Source: Bryobacterales bacterium (GTDB lineage: Bacteria > Acidobacteriota > Terriglobia > Bryobacterales > Bryobacteraceae). Taken from it: DNA of 64,000 bases. Each line of letters starts with the position of its first letter. Position 1 is the stretch's first letter. Below are positions 9,389-19,840 of this stretch, one piece after another. A program made the translations under genes and the position numbers. The notes under the pieces are model-generated. The model had not been told where the DNA came from. It did not search any database and saw only the letters and a list, made by a program, of their open reading frames with translations. Where the stretch lies: NCBI GenBank assembly GCA_963772905.1, contig CAVYZD010000001.1:926144-990143 (forward strand). The letters run 5' to 3'.

Positions 9389-9910
9389 ATGCCAACTACT
9401 CAAGACAAACTCGGAACACGCCGCCGGGCTACACTGGCGACACCCAGTGACCTCGGTGCCGAAGCCGTCAAAAACATCAGCGGCGCGCTCAACGCGCTGC
9501 TGGCCGATGTATTTACTCTCTATATAAAAACGAAGAACTTTCATTGGCACGTGAGCGGACCGCATTTTCGCGACTATCACCTCTTGCTCGATGAGCACGC
9601 CGGCCAGCTTTTTGCGATGACCGACGACATCGCCGAGCGCGTGCGTAAAATTGGCGGCACCACGATTCGATCGATCGGCCACGTTGCCCGCCTGCAACGC
9701 CTCAGCGATAACGACGCCGACTATGTCGATCCGCTCGATATGCTCGCCGAATTGCGCGAAGACAACCGGACGATTCTCGCCAACATGCGCGAAGTTCACG
9801 ACCTATGCAGCGAATCGAACGACGTGGCCACAACAAGTCTCTTAGAGAATTGGGTAGACGAAACGGAGCGGCGCATCTGGTTTCTCTTCGAAACGGGACG
9901 AACCACATAG
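9389..9910 (+). CDS. dps: Dps family DNA starvation/stationary-phase protection protein
   Basis: [34 protein letters not shown] contains the ferroxidase-centre residues characteristic of Dps. Confidence 0.95.
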   Translation: MPTTQDKLGTRRRATLATPSDLGAEAVKNISGALNALLADVFTLYIKTKNFHWHVSGPHFRDYHLLLDEHAGQLFAMTDDIAERVRKIGGTTIRSIGHVARLQRLSDNDADYVDPLDMLAELREDNRTILANMREVHDLCSESNDVATTSLLENWVDETERRIWFLFETGRTT

Positions 9911-10010
9911 AGTTGTGCGCGTTAACGCTGGGCCTGCGCACTGGTCATCGGGCACATTCCTAGTCCCGCTACCAGCGTCGAAAGCGGCACTGCCACCGCA
10001 GTCGTAGTGA

Positions 10011-10241
10011 CCAACGGAGTCAACACCTATTTGGGCAGTAATGGCCCACTCGATTATGTTTCTGCTGTTTCGCGTCGGTCTCGAAGTCAAAGCCAGCCGA
10101 TGGAAGCAGATCGGCTGGACGGGCACCCTGTCGGGCGTGGCGGCATCATTTGTTGCCCATCGGGGAGGGGCTATGTCTCGCTTAGCGGACCTGCTGGCAG
10201 CGCTTGTCAAGACAAAACGCCGTGCGTACCAGGGCGAGTGA
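10011..10241 (+). pseudogene. possible fragment of a cation:proton antiporter gene
   Basis: A short open frame reads ...[34 protein letters not shown], which resembles the conserved LLFxVGLE helix of CPA-type antiporters. There is no upstream or downstream continuation. Confidence 0.25.
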
Positions 10242-10697
10242 TGAGTACTCGTGGCGTTCAGGCACTCCTCATAAGCGTGCGTGTAATCCTTCCAATATTT
10301 GCGCTCGTGAATATCCGCGGTGCTGAATTTCCAGTTATGATCAGGTTCATCAAATGCGCTCAAGGAAGCGCTTTCTCTGTTCATCCTTCGAAAGGTGGAG
10401 GAAGAATTTAATGATCCGCGTTCCGTTGCGATAGAGGTGGCTTTCCAGATCCACAATGGAGCGGTAGCGCTCCTCCCAGATGGTTTTATCTTCGCGCAAC
10501 TCTTCCGGAAGCCCCTGATTGCGGAGAATCTCCGGATGCACACGAACGACCAGCACTTCTTCATAATAGGAACGATTAAATATACCGATTCGCCCGCGTT
10601 CCGGAAGCACGCAAGTGGTGCGCCACAGGAAATCGTGCTCCAGTTCGTTGGCGCTCGGCTGTTTGAAACTGAAAACCTCGCAGCCTTGTGGATTCAC
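10226..10697 (-). pseudogene. polyphosphate kinase 2 (PPK2) pseudogene, truncated at both ends and frameshifted
   Basis: [25 protein letters not shown]...[18 protein letters not shown]...[19 protein letters not shown] lies in one frame. [31 protein letters not shown]...SPWY lies in another, with the switch near 10350-10380. The Walker-A N-terminus and the C-terminus after PWY are absent. Confidence 0.75.
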
Positions 10698-10927
10698 CCC
10701 GGGCTGGAACCGTGATGGCGGCCATGGTGGTGCTCGGTGATCTACAGCATCTGGCTCGATACAGGGAGAAAACGGCTGCTCGTTCTGGCTAGTCGTGTCG
10801 GCTACAGAGCCCTCTAGCGTCCCATATCTCGACTCCAGCGTCGTTTGCGTTCCTTCGCCTGCTGCTGTTCGAGAACGAATGCGGCGTCAACCAGGGCTTT
10901 CTGATAACGTCCGCCCGAAATCAAGCA

Positions 10928-12160
10928 GTGATACCATCCCAATCAGACCAGAAAACAGCGCCGGAGACGCCGGAAAGGACATACGTGCGTCAACTTGGCT
11001 GTGTGCGGAAGGCCAAGCACGGCCGGATATGGGTATGGATTGGAAAGTACTACGAGAATGGAAGGGGGCGATCAAAAGTGCTGGGGCACTGTGCGCAGAT
11101 GACGGAAGGCGGTGCCCGGGCGAGGCTGCAGGAGTTGCTGAACCCGATCAACGAGACTGCCGGATTCGGGCAGACGTTGCCAACCGATTTCAAAGAATAC
11201 GTTACGAATGTGTTCTTGCCGCAGCGCCGCAAGAAATGGAAGGACCCATCAGACAAGACAACGACGGAACGTTTTAGAGCACATCTGATTCCGGCATTTC
11301 GATGGCCGGCAATTGCGGGAGCTAACGCGCAACCGCTTACAGCGTTTCCTCGACAGCAAGACCAAAGATGGTCTTTCAAAAAGCGTTGTGAGCCATCTTC
11401 GTTGGGATCTAAACGCCGTCTTTAAAAAGGAGGCCAACGATGGTCTGATTCAAGGCAATCCAGCGGGTTCATTGGTCACGCCCAAGGAGGCAAGGACGTT
11501 CGAGAAACGGAAAATGACAAGGGAGGAAATCCATCTCGCGTTATCTGTACTGGATCTACGGGAACGGACCGTCTTCTTACTCGCAGTTCTAGTCGGGCTT
11601 CGCCCCGGTGAAATTTTTGCTCTACGCTGGGGCCGGGTTGGGCCGGATATGGTCAACGTCATGGAACGGGTATATCGCCGCTTGCCCAGTCATCCCAAGT
11701 CAGAACGAGGGAAACGGCTAGCTGCGGTTCCGCCCGGCCTGGCGAGTGACCCCGCGGAATGGCGCGATGTTGCCCTCGATCTCAGTCCAGAGTCGCTGGT
11801 ATTTCCGTCGGAGCGTGGGACGTTCATGTCTCGCGACAATTTTTTGCGACGGAACATTCACGACAAACTGGAGAAGGTTGGCCTAGGCTGGGTGAACTTC
11901 CAGGTGTTGCGCAGGACGCAGGCCAGTCTCGGACACAAAGAGGGTGTCGATCCGAAGGTCGCAGCGGATCAGCGGGGCCATGCAATCGGCGTAGCCATTG
12001 ACACGTATACGACGACTGATTTGGAATCCCGGCACCAAGCAGTTACGACTCTTGAACAGGCGCTGAAGTTGAAGGAAGGGGTTCGATCAGTTTGGGATCG
12101 GTATTGCCCCCGTTGTTGGCGTAGAGCCTGTGCGGCTCGACACATAGGTAACAGAACGTA
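10928..12160 (+). pseudogene. tyrosine integrase, frameshifted and lacking its own stop
   Basis: The N-terminal part (10928-~11296) and the catalytic part (from ~11297: ...GLRPGEIFALRWGR...VLRRTQASL...DQRGHAIGVAIDTYT) are in different frames. One extra base lies near 11293-11300. It is paralogous to integrase 13572-14657. The frame continues without a stop into the IS481 element. Confidence 0.8.
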
Positions 12161-13421
12161 CCGGAGACATGGGTTACACTTTTTCCCCTGGAAGGGGGCG
12201 GGAAGTGGGATGCCATGGAAGGAAAGTTCTGTTATGGATGAACGCATACGATTCGTGATTCGGCTCAAAGACGGCGAGAGCATGGCCGCGCTGTGCCGCG
12301 AGTTTCAGATCTCCCGCAAAACCGGCTACAAGATCTTCGAGCGTTATGAGGAATGCGGACTGGAGGGGCTCACGGATCGTGCCAGGCGCCCCCACCGCTA
12401 CGCCAACCAACTGCCCGAGCAAATCGAAGCGGCCATCGTAGCGGCCAGGCGCGAGAAACCGAACTGGGGCGCCCGCAAGATCCGGGAGCGCCTTCTTCGA
12501 CGACTGCCGAGCGAAGTGAAAGTCCCAGCTCGCAGCACCATTCACGCCATCCTGGATCGTCATGGACTGGTGACTCGCGCCAGGCGATCACGCACCCGCA
12601 CCGAAGGAACGCCGCTGTCAGAGGGCGCCAGCCCGAACTGCCCTGTGGTGTGCTGACTACAAGGGAGAGTTCATGCTCGGCGATCGGCGCTACTGTTATC
12701 CGCTCACGGTCACCGATCATGCTTCGCGCTATCTGCTGCTGTGCGAAGCCATGGAATCGAATGCCGAAAAGACCGCTTTTACGGCCTTTGAGCGCTTGTT
12801 CAAGGAGCGCGGTTTGCCGCAGGCCATCCGCTCCGATAACGGCGTTCCCTTCGCTTCGCCCAATGGGCTTTTCAATCTATCCAGACTTTCGGTCTGGTGG
12901 TTGCGGCTCGGCATCAGCATCGAACGCATCCGGCCTGGTCATCCGCAGCAGAACGGCCGTCACGAACGCATGCATCTGACGCTCAAGAAGGAAGCCACGC
13001 GCCCCGCCGGCGCCAATCTGCTTCAACAGCAAGCCAAGTTCGACGCCTTCATCGAGGAGTTCAACAACGAACGCCCGCACGAAGCCCTCGACATGAAATG
13101 TCCGGCGGAGGTCTACTCTTCTTCCTGCCGCCCTTACCAGGGTATTCAGGAACTCAACTACCCGTTTCACGACAAGACGGTCGTCGTCACCAACTGCGGC
13201 CGCCTGTGTCTGTACCGCAAGAAGATCAACTTAAGCACTTGTTTGGCCGGCCAGGCGGTTGGCATCAAGGAAGTCGACGACGGCATCTGGCTCGTCAGCT
13301 TCATGGATTACGATCTCGGTTATATCGATCTGGAGGAAAAAACTCTGCAGCCCCTCAACAACCCCTTCGGGCCAAAAGTGTTACCTATGTCTTAGGAACA
13401 TTCTGTTACCCATGTCTCCGG
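12161..13421 (+). mobile_element. IS481-family insertion sequence
   Basis: Terminal inverted repeats CCGGAGACATGGGTTACA (12161-12178) and its reverse complement at 13404-13421 match 17/18. They enclose a DDE transposase. No obvious target-site duplication is present. Confidence 0.7.
12210..13395 (+). pseudogene. IS481-family transposase, split into two frames
   Basis: The N-terminal HTH part (ERIRFVIRLKDGESMAALCREFQISRKTGYKIFERY...) ends at 12656. The DDE/rve part (LWCADYKGEFMLGDRRYCYPLTVTDHASRY...SDNGVPF...NGRHERMH) is in another frame. The single-base shift lies near 12635-12650. Confidence 0.75.
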
Positions 13422-13438
13422 GCCGGACAGCCAAAAGA

Positions 13439-13513
<75 letters not shown>

Positions 13514-13571
13514 ATGCCTTTTTCTTTAACGACTTCCACAACCGCGTTTCATCCTGAACACTGATTGAACA

Positions 13572-14657
13572 CTATTGTATCAACAATCGCTTCTCCAGCT
13601 GATTCACGATCACCAGGCGGCTCTCGACCGGCGAATGCGTGTAGACGTTCTGGTTCACGTCGAGCGTATGGCCCAGCTGGTCCGCCACAAGTTTGCCGTC
13701 GACGCCGATGGTTTTCATCAGTGTCGCGTGAGTTCGCCGCATCACCTGAAACGTCGCCCAATCAAGGCCAACCTTTTTAAGAGCCGGGCGCGCAGTGCGA
13801 TGCCACCAGTTGTCCTTTGAAAGCGGCGTCATCCGCTCCGAAGGAAAGACCCAGGCATCATCGCGCGTATCGACCGCGCGCATACGCCACGCCTCGATCT
13901 CCGCAAGCAACCCTTCGGACAGCGCCGCCTGCCGGCAGGAATTGTCGGTCTTCGGGGTGTCGATCTTGCGCCGGTAGACCCGCTGCCGGATGTCAGCATG
14001 CGTTGCCGTGAGCCTGCCCCAGGTGAGAGCGAAGATTTCGCCGGGGCGCATACCGGCCAGCAAGGCGAGTTTTACAATAAGCCGCTCCCGCTGTCCGAGG
14101 GCGCCGAAGCAGGTTTGAACCTCCTTCATCGTCATGGCGCGATGAACGGCTTTCTTGGCTTCCTTCGGCGTGAACAGAAGCAACGCGGGGTTGAGCCTGA
14201 TATGGCCCTCGGCTACCGCCATGTCGAAAATCTGCTTCAAATCCCATCTAAGATGATCGACGACGGAGAAGGAGAGGGACTTTGCTTTCGCATCGAGCAG
14301 GTCCTGCAGCCCGTCGCGGCGGAACCCCGGAAGCTCGCCGTCCCTGAACGCTCCCACGAGATGTACCGATACACGGTTCACGTTGTTCTCCCGTGTCGAG
14401 TCTTTCCATTTCCGGGTGTAATAGGGGAAGTACGCATTCTCGACGAACTCACCGAACTTCAGGACTCTGTTCGGCTCATGTTTGGCGCGTTCCTCCGCGA
14501 TGATCCTGGAGACAGTTTCCCGCGCCTCGCCTTTCGTCATCTCCTTGATCAGGCCGATGACACGGCTTTTCTTCCTACCGTCCTCGTACCAGAGGCCAAT
14601 CCACCGGCCCCGTTGTTTCCGGACACCTCCCATTGAGTGCCGCTGACGCATAATCAT
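13572..14657 (-). CDS. tyrosine-type site-specific integrase
   Basis: 361-aa ORF with R (GMRPGEIFAL), HxxR (RRTHATL), H (LGHT) and Y (NVYTH). The true start may be the ATG at 14651, which has better spacing from AAGGAG. Confidence 0.9.
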   Translation of the reverse strand: MIMRQRHSMGGVRKQRGRWIGLWYEDGRKKSRVIGLIKEMTKGEARETVSRIIAEERAKHEPNRVLKFGEFVENAYFPYYTRKWKDSTRENNVNRVSVHLVGAFRDGELPGFRRDGLQDLLDAKAKSLSFSVVDHLRWDLKQIFDMAVAEGHIRLNPALLLFTPKEAKKAVHRAMTMKEVQTCFGALGQRERLIVKLALLAGMRPGEIFALTWGRLTATHADIRQRVYRRKIDTPKTDNSCRQAALSEGLLAEIEAWRMRAVDTRDDAWVFPSERMTPLSKDNWWHRTARPALKKVGLDWATFQVMRRTHATLMKTIGVDGKLVADQLGHTLDVNQNVYTHSPVESRLVIVNQLEKRLLIQ

Positions 14658-14663
14658 TTCTCC

Positions 14664-14915
14664 TTATGCGCTCTTGCGGCCTCGTTCTGGCGATGTCTGA
14701 ATCGTATCAGAAGTGGCCGCATGTTCGTTGTGCTCGATCCAGGAGAGAAGCGCTTCACGGCGCACGAGCTTCCGCCGGCCAAGCGACACGGAGGGTATCG
14801 GCGGGCAGCCTCGGACCCGACCGGCGACGATGTTGCAGATATGCGCCTTGGAGCAGTGCAGGAGTTCTGCGACAGCGGCGAGTGTCAAAAGGCCAAAATC
14901 ATCAAGCCCATTCAT
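14664..14915 (-). CDS. excisionase-family helix-turn-helix DNA-binding protein
   Basis: 83 aa. LLTLAAVAELLHCSKAHICNIVAG...RRKLVRREALLSWIE is the AlpA/excisionase-type HTH pattern. It sits immediately upstream of the integrase. Confidence 0.7.
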   Translation of the reverse strand: MNGLDDFGLLTLAAVAELLHCSKAHICNIVAGRVRGCPPIPSVSLGRRKLVRREALLSWIEHNEHAATSDTIQTSPERGRKSA

Positions 14916-14974
14916 AAATTCGTCTGGCGAGCGGGCAGGGGGCTTGCGCTCGGCTCAGACCCTCATCGGTACGG

Positions 14975-15937
14975 CTACCTCACATCCAGACCCAGTCGGT
15001 GGGCCGTGGGGAAAAAGTCGGGTTGTTTGCCACGGAGCAGATCGTTCCAGTCCTTGAAGCCAACCGGCTCGTCTTCGTGAAATCGCAGATCGCGCCGGCC
15101 AGATCCTTCGAAAGCATGGCGCACGATGCCGGCAAGTTTGCGGCCGTCGTCATCCGCATCCATGGCCGCGACAATCTCGGAGTGCGAGGGCATGCGTTGA
15201 ATGGCGTCGGCAATCAATGCCGGCTGAACCGGATTCGGCTTGCCGCCGATCGAGGCATAACGCGCGCGATCATCGGGAAACAAAACAGCGTGGCTCAACG
15301 CGTCAATCGCCGCTTCGCAAAACACCAGGCGCTTATCATCCGCCCGTTCGTTCGAAAGCCACAGACCCTTTGTGCCGCCGGATGCAAAACCGGTGAAGCC
15401 CTTGTTTTTGATCTCGTAGCCGCTCAGCCCCTCGGCATCGAAATGGGGAAATACGGCATTGCCGCGGACATCGATCTTGATCCGGCCCTTAAAGCGTTCG
15501 GACTGCAGCAGCGAAGCGGGCAGGGCGCGCTCGTTCTCCAGATAGGGATGGTGCAAAGCGTCCTGCATCTTCGCGTACTCCGCTTCGACGCGCATGCGGT
15601 CTCTCGACGTTTTGACGAGAGGCGAGAAGGCGGGAACCGGGACCGGCGGCTGACCGATCCAGGGCCTCAGCTCCTTGCGAACGGTGCCGATACTGAGGTT
15701 TTGCCGGTTCTGCACGAAGTCAATGATCGTGCCGTTGTCGCGGTCGTCACGGACGCTGAAGTAGACATAGTGCCCGCTCGCGGCATCCTGCCTGATGACG
15801 ATCTTGTCACCCTTCAGATGACGCATCACCGCCGAGCCGCGCCAGCTTTCCTTGCGGTCGAGCTCGTAGCCCTGAGACGCCGCATAGGCCCGGAGATCAA
15901 TGCTGCTTTTGAAACTGTCGAGCTCGGTATCAAACAT
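14975..15937 (-). CDS. DUF3991/Toprim domain protein (plasmid-type primase-like)
   Basis: The N-terminus (IDLRAYAASQGYELDRKESWRGSAVMRH...GTIIDFVQ) is followed by a Toprim-like segment (LVFCEAAIDALSH...AAMDADDDGRKLA). The start is set at the ATG 5 nt after AGGAAG. Confidence 0.75.
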   Translation of the reverse strand: MFDTELDSFKSSIDLRAYAASQGYELDRKESWRGSAVMRHLKGDKIVIRQDAASGHYVYFSVRDDRDNGTIIDFVQNRQNLSIGTVRKELRPWIGQPPVPVPAFSPLVKTSRDRMRVEAEYAKMQDALHHPYLENERALPASLLQSERFKGRIKIDVRGNAVFPHFDAEGLSGYEIKNKGFTGFASGGTKGLWLSNERADDKRLVFCEAAIDALSHAVLFPDDRARYASIGGKPNPVQPALIADAIQRMPSHSEIVAAMDADDDGRKLAGIVRHAFEGSGRRDLRFHEDEPVGFKDWNDLLRGKQPDFFPTAHRLGLDVR

Positions 15938-16039
15938 TTTTCTTCCTATTGCCCAATTTTCCTGGCCAACAAACGCGCAACAGCCTACAGCAGGGCGCCG
16001 CAACGCGACAAGCTTTAAGCGGCGGACGGAGCGTCCTCT

Positions 16040-16687
16040 TTATTTCCTGAACGGCACCCATCCCGGCACCTCGCGCAGCGGCCAATGGCCCTTAATCGTG
16101 AAGGTCGCCGGCCATGCCATGTGTTGAATCATGAGTGGCCAAACTCGCATGATCAAGGCCCTCGCGTCATTCCAGACGGTGGAGCCCGCGCAGTGAGCGA
16201 CGCCGTTCGAGCCGTGGAAAATCTTCCGCGGAATAAATGGCCCGAAACAGAAGCTCAGTAGATCGCCGGCTTCCGTCTCCGTCACTTCCATGGTCCACCG
16301 CCTCGGCAATCCCGCGCCATGGCAGGCGACTGTGCAGCTCAATTCCGGCTCACGTGTTTCGCCGTTGAGCCAGAAATACGCATCAGCCCATTCCTGCGAT
16401 ACTTCGGCGCTTTTGACGATCTCGACGCCCACGGTGTAGCAAGCACCGCCGCAAGCCTGGCATACACAGGCATTCAGGTGAGCGTAAAAGCAGTGGTCAT
16501 CAATCGACAGGGCAAGGCCGCCGGCAACCGATTTCGCGTCGGGCATGGCGGCATGCATCTCGATCGTGTCGCCGTCATGGACGCTCAGAGTATTCTTGCC
16601 CCCGCAATGCGGGCATTTGAGCGTTGTACCCGGTGTAACTGTTATTCGGAATTCTCTGCTCTGTGATTTCGTATTGTTTCTCGGCAT
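16040..16687 (-). CDS. Cys-rich hypothetical protein (zinc-ribbon motifs)
   Basis: 215-aa ORF with GAGGTG upstream. Motifs CPHCGG and CVCQACGG are present. Confidence 0.55.
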   Translation of the reverse strand: MPRNNTKSQSREFRITVTPGTTLKCPHCGGKNTLSVHDGDTIEMHAAMPDAKSVAGGLALSIDDHCFYAHLNACVCQACGGACYTVGVEIVKSAEVSQEWADAYFWLNGETREPELSCTVACHGAGLPRRWTMEVTETEAGDLLSFCFGPFIPRKIFHGSNGVAHCAGSTVWNDARALIMRVWPLMIQHMAWPATFTIKGHWPLREVPGWVPFRK

Positions 16688-16695
16688 TGTTCACC

Positions 16696-17238
16696 TCATC
16701 TCGCCGAATACCCGCCCCTATGCGGCGCACCCGGCGTTACGCCTTGATGTGTCCGTGCCTCGGGGACCATCGTTCCGTGCCCTCCGCAGCTATCGCGGCA
16801 GCGGAAGTACCGCCCGACGCTTTTCCCGTAGCAAATTTCCTTGAGGCAGCTTCCGCAGCGGACCGAGCCGCGCCCATGCCCGCCGCACCACGGACAGAAT
16901 TCTTCCGCAAGCTCACTACCCTGCAAGAGCCGCACTTCGACGCTGTCCGCGTACTGCTCCAGATACAGCGCCTCCGTGACCCTGATCGTTTGTGCGTAAT
17001 GGAATCGGCCGTCGGTACCGGCGACGTAGCGGGCCGCATAGGGTTTGTCATGCACGGCACAGATGCGCGCCAGATCGACGACTTCACCGCCTCGTGGTAG
17101 TAGGGCAGGGGGCATCGTCCCTTGTCCCCAGTGTGGTGGTTCGCTCCTTCCGCCTTGGCGCAATTTCGCAAGCGCCGTGTCCATTTTGCTTCCGGGCACG
17201 AGCTCGGCCGGGCGCCATTTGACCAGTGCTTTGCTCAT
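16696..17238 (-). CDS. Cys-rich hypothetical protein
   Basis: 180-aa ORF with a C-terminal cluster CPWCGGHGRGSVRCGSCLKEICYG...CRDSCGGHG. Confidence 0.55.
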   Translation of the reverse strand: MSKALVKWRPAELVPGSKMDTALAKLRQGGRSEPPHWGQGTMPPALLPRGGEVVDLARICAVHDKPYAARYVAGTDGRFHYAQTIRVTEALYLEQYADSVEVRLLQGSELAEEFCPWCGGHGRGSVRCGSCLKEICYGKSVGRYFRCRDSCGGHGTMVPEARTHQGVTPGAPHRGGYSAR

Positions 17239-17243
17239 CGCCG

Positions 17244-17423
17244 TTACCGCGAACGGCCTCCGTCTTGCTGCCGGTAGTAATCCGGGAAGCGTTCCTTTTC
17301 CGATTGAGGACGCGTCTCCCGTTCCGGGTGCGCGCGACGGCTTACAGGTTCACTTTCCGCGCGACCCCCGCGTTCACCGCGAATGCCCGCAAGGGCGCGG
17401 TCCATCTTCTCTCCGCTTGTCAT
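17244..17423 (-). CDS. possible 59-aa basic protein
   Basis: Own translation: AAGGAGG lies 8 nt upstream of the ATG at 17423. Product MTSGEKMDRALAGIRGERGG... It stops 5 nt before the next gene's ATG and is just under the track cutoff. Confidence 0.35.
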   Translation of the reverse strand: MTSGEKMDRALAGIRGERGGRAESEPVSRRAHPERETRPQSEKERFPDYYRQQDGGRSR

Positions 17424-17447
17424 ATAAGAAACCTCCTTTTCAAGACT

Positions 17448-18236
17448 TCAGAAAAACCATCCGAAGACCCATGAAATCGCCCGCCGCACGGAGAACCCGG
17501 CGAAGGCCTCGGGAACTCTCTTCGCGATACGTTCGGTGAATTTCGACAGCACCAGCAGCATGGTGAACACCGACACGAAGAGGGCAGGGACCGGCTCACG
17601 ATGAAACATCGATGCATCCCAGGGAGGCCCATCGAAAAAGACCACCGCGGCCACAAAAAATCCCGGTCCCAACAATACCCACTTCATGACGAGTTGCCCC
17701 CAACCCATCTCGCGATTTTGCGCCCGGTGCCATTGTGCGAGCAGCCAGGCTCCCGACAGCACGAGAAGCATATTCGCCAGCCAGGGAGCAAAGCCTCGAC
17801 CGGTGTGCGCAGTACCAGTGACAGACGGACCCTCGCCGAGCGCGATGTAAAGGACGAGCCTCGCCGAGATCACCCCTGCCAGAATCAGCAGGAGAGTTTT
17901 GGGGGACCACACTCGGCCTACGGGCTCGCTCTGCCGTTCCAGGAGGGCAATTTCTTTCCTGGCTTGATCGAGAGCTTCCGCCAACTCGTCGCCGCCCTGT
18001 TTCCTCCGCTCCACTTCCTCGCGCAGCTTTGCGTTTTCCTCTTCCAGCTGCGCCGCACCGTCATCCCGTCCAAACGCTTCAGCCATCGCCTCACTGAAAG
18101 ACAAGCCGTTTTCGACGCAGAAGACCGAGATTTTGCGAACCGCCGCTTCCATCCTGGTCGGATTGCCCGTTTCAAGATCGGCTGCGAGCTTCCTGATTTC
18201 GGGACCTTTGCCGTTTTTCGATGTGGCCGTCGCCAT
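17448..18236 (-). CDS. membrane protein with N-terminal coiled coil
   Basis: 262-aa ORF. A charged helical N-terminus (EEENAKLREEVERRKQGGDELAEALDQARKEIALLE) is followed by about 5 hydrophobic segments. Confidence 0.6.
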   Translation of the reverse strand: MATATSKNGKGPEIRKLAADLETGNPTRMEAAVRKISVFCVENGLSFSEAMAEAFGRDDGAAQLEEENAKLREEVERRKQGGDELAEALDQARKEIALLERQSEPVGRVWSPKTLLLILAGVISARLVLYIALGEGPSVTGTAHTGRGFAPWLANMLLVLSGAWLLAQWHRAQNREMGWGQLVMKWVLLGPGFFVAAVVFFDGPPWDASMFHREPVPALFVSVFTMLLVLSKFTERIAKRVPEAFAGFSVRRAISWVFGWFF

Positions 18237-18252
18237 AATTCACTTCCCCGCC

Positions 18253-19827
18253 TCATCGCCCGCCGTTCCAGTAGGGATTAGGCCGGTGCTTGCCGCGAAA
18301 TTCCCATCCCTCGAAATACGGCTTGCGCTTCGCATGGATAGGCCCGCCCACCTTCTCGCAAAACACGATCATTTCCCGGTCGTTCATCCGCATGACCTCG
18401 TGAGGCCGCACAAGCCTTTCCCATGCACGCCCGCTGCTTTCGCTGATGTCCACGTCACAGAGCCTGCCGGCGCGCCGGTTCTCGTTCTCGCGCACGCTGC
18501 CCGACGGCACGATCAATTCCCGGTCGCCGCACAGCGCCGAAATATATTCCGCGTCCGACTGCTCAAGATTGGCGCCGCCGAAGAAAATCTTGACCGCGCT
18601 GTTGCTCAGGAAGGTTCTCCACCCCTCATACCTGTACAGGGTCTGAAGCTGCGACAGCGATTGAAGCACCGGCCACAGTTGCAGGCCGGCGGCCCCCGCT
18701 GCTTGTGACATCGCCGCCTGAAACGTGTCGAGATGGCCGATGGAAAAGAACTCATCGACGATGCAGAGAACAGGAAGCCCGCGCGAACCGGCCTTGAGCA
18801 ATTCATTCAGCCATGCGGACACGCAGAGGCGGAACCACTTCACCGCGGGCGTGCCGAGCTTGTCCAGCGGCAAAACCAGGTAGGCCGTAATGGGCTTGTG
18901 TTTCATGTCACGCGGCCGGATGCCGTCTTGCAAGAGGGATTCCCGTATGCCCTCCATGCCCTCGAACGCCGTTTGCGTCCTGAAGGTCGAAACGATGTCC
19001 TCGACCGACCGGCTTTGTTCCGCCCCCTTGCCGGTGTAGCGGCTGCATTCCGCCTCGACCGCAGCATCCCCGCATTTTGCGAACCTCCTGGCGAAGCCGA
19101 ACACATCCCGACAGATCATGTCACGCACGGCGGGAAGGTTCTTTTCATCCTGCCGCCCGTCTTTCGTGAACACCGCCCGGATGCCGGTGGACTGGAGCAG
19201 CGCCGCGCTGTCGTTGAAAAACGCCGCGTTGTCGCCGCCGCCCGTTTCACGCGAGAACACCCCGTCCGTCACGCTGTCCACGTCACCGCCGAAGGAAACG
19301 GTTTTCGGGTCGAGAACGGCGAGGGGATTGAAGCCCACGACCTTGACGCCCGTGACTCCGTTTACCTTCAGGGTGCCGAAGGGATCAATCGCCACAACGT
19401 CGCTGTATCGCGCCGCCGCCGCGTGCGTGACCGCGCATAGCTCGCCCTTGGGGTCAATGATGAGCCGCGAGCATTTGCGGGCGGGACGTTCCAGCAGCGC
19501 CGGTGCAAGAACGGATGTCATTTTCCCGGTCCGCGCGGGCGCGATCAAGATGAGGTTTCCCGGCCCGCCGTAGTGCAGAACCTTGCCCGATTGCGACATG
19601 CCGATACGGATTCCCTTGCCCTTGAAGAGATCGGCGAGTTTCAGCAGCTTGTCACACGCCCAACGCGACGAGGCCGCGCTTTTGGGATTGGCATAGGCGA
19701 CCGGCTCCAGAACCTCGCTGGCTTGCTTCCGCCGTCTTTTGATCCGCTGGCCTCCCGTCTCTTGCGCCGCCATCACGAAAAACAAAACCAGGAATATCAA
19801 TACCGCCCACCCTTGGAGCGTTTCCAT
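18253..19827 (-). CDS. traG: type IV secretion coupling protein (TraG/VirD4 family)
   Basis: Walker A-like IAPARTGKMTS, then LIIDPKGEL, then Walker B VLCIVDEFFSIG. An N-terminal TM segment is present. Confidence 0.9.
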   Translation of the reverse strand: METLQGWAVLIFLVLFFVMAAQETGGQRIKRRRKQASEVLEPVAYANPKSAASSRWACDKLLKLADLFKGKGIRIGMSQSGKVLHYGGPGNLILIAPARTGKMTSVLAPALLERPARKCSRLIIDPKGELCAVTHAAAARYSDVVAIDPFGTLKVNGVTGVKVVGFNPLAVLDPKTVSFGGDVDSVTDGVFSRETGGGDNAAFFNDSAALLQSTGIRAVFTKDGRQDEKNLPAVRDMICRDVFGFARRFAKCGDAAVEAECSRYTGKGAEQSRSVEDIVSTFRTQTAFEGMEGIRESLLQDGIRPRDMKHKPITAYLVLPLDKLGTPAVKWFRLCVSAWLNELLKAGSRGLPVLCIVDEFFSIGHLDTFQAAMSQAAGAAGLQLWPVLQSLSQLQTLYRYEGWRTFLSNSAVKIFFGGANLEQSDAEYISALCGDRELIVPSGSVRENENRRAGRLCDVDISESSGRAWERLVRPHEVMRMNDREMIVFCEKVGGPIHAKRKPYFEGWEFRGKHRPNPYWNGGR

Positions 19828-19840
19828 AAAGTCCTTTCAT

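Noticed and set aside
14999-16018. 339-aa + strand ORF
   Set aside because: It is antisense to the DUF3991/Toprim gene and has Arg-rich shadow composition.
17601-18281. 226-aa + strand ORF
   Set aside because: It is antisense to the coiled-coil membrane protein gene, has basic shadow composition and sits within a compact minus-strand operon.
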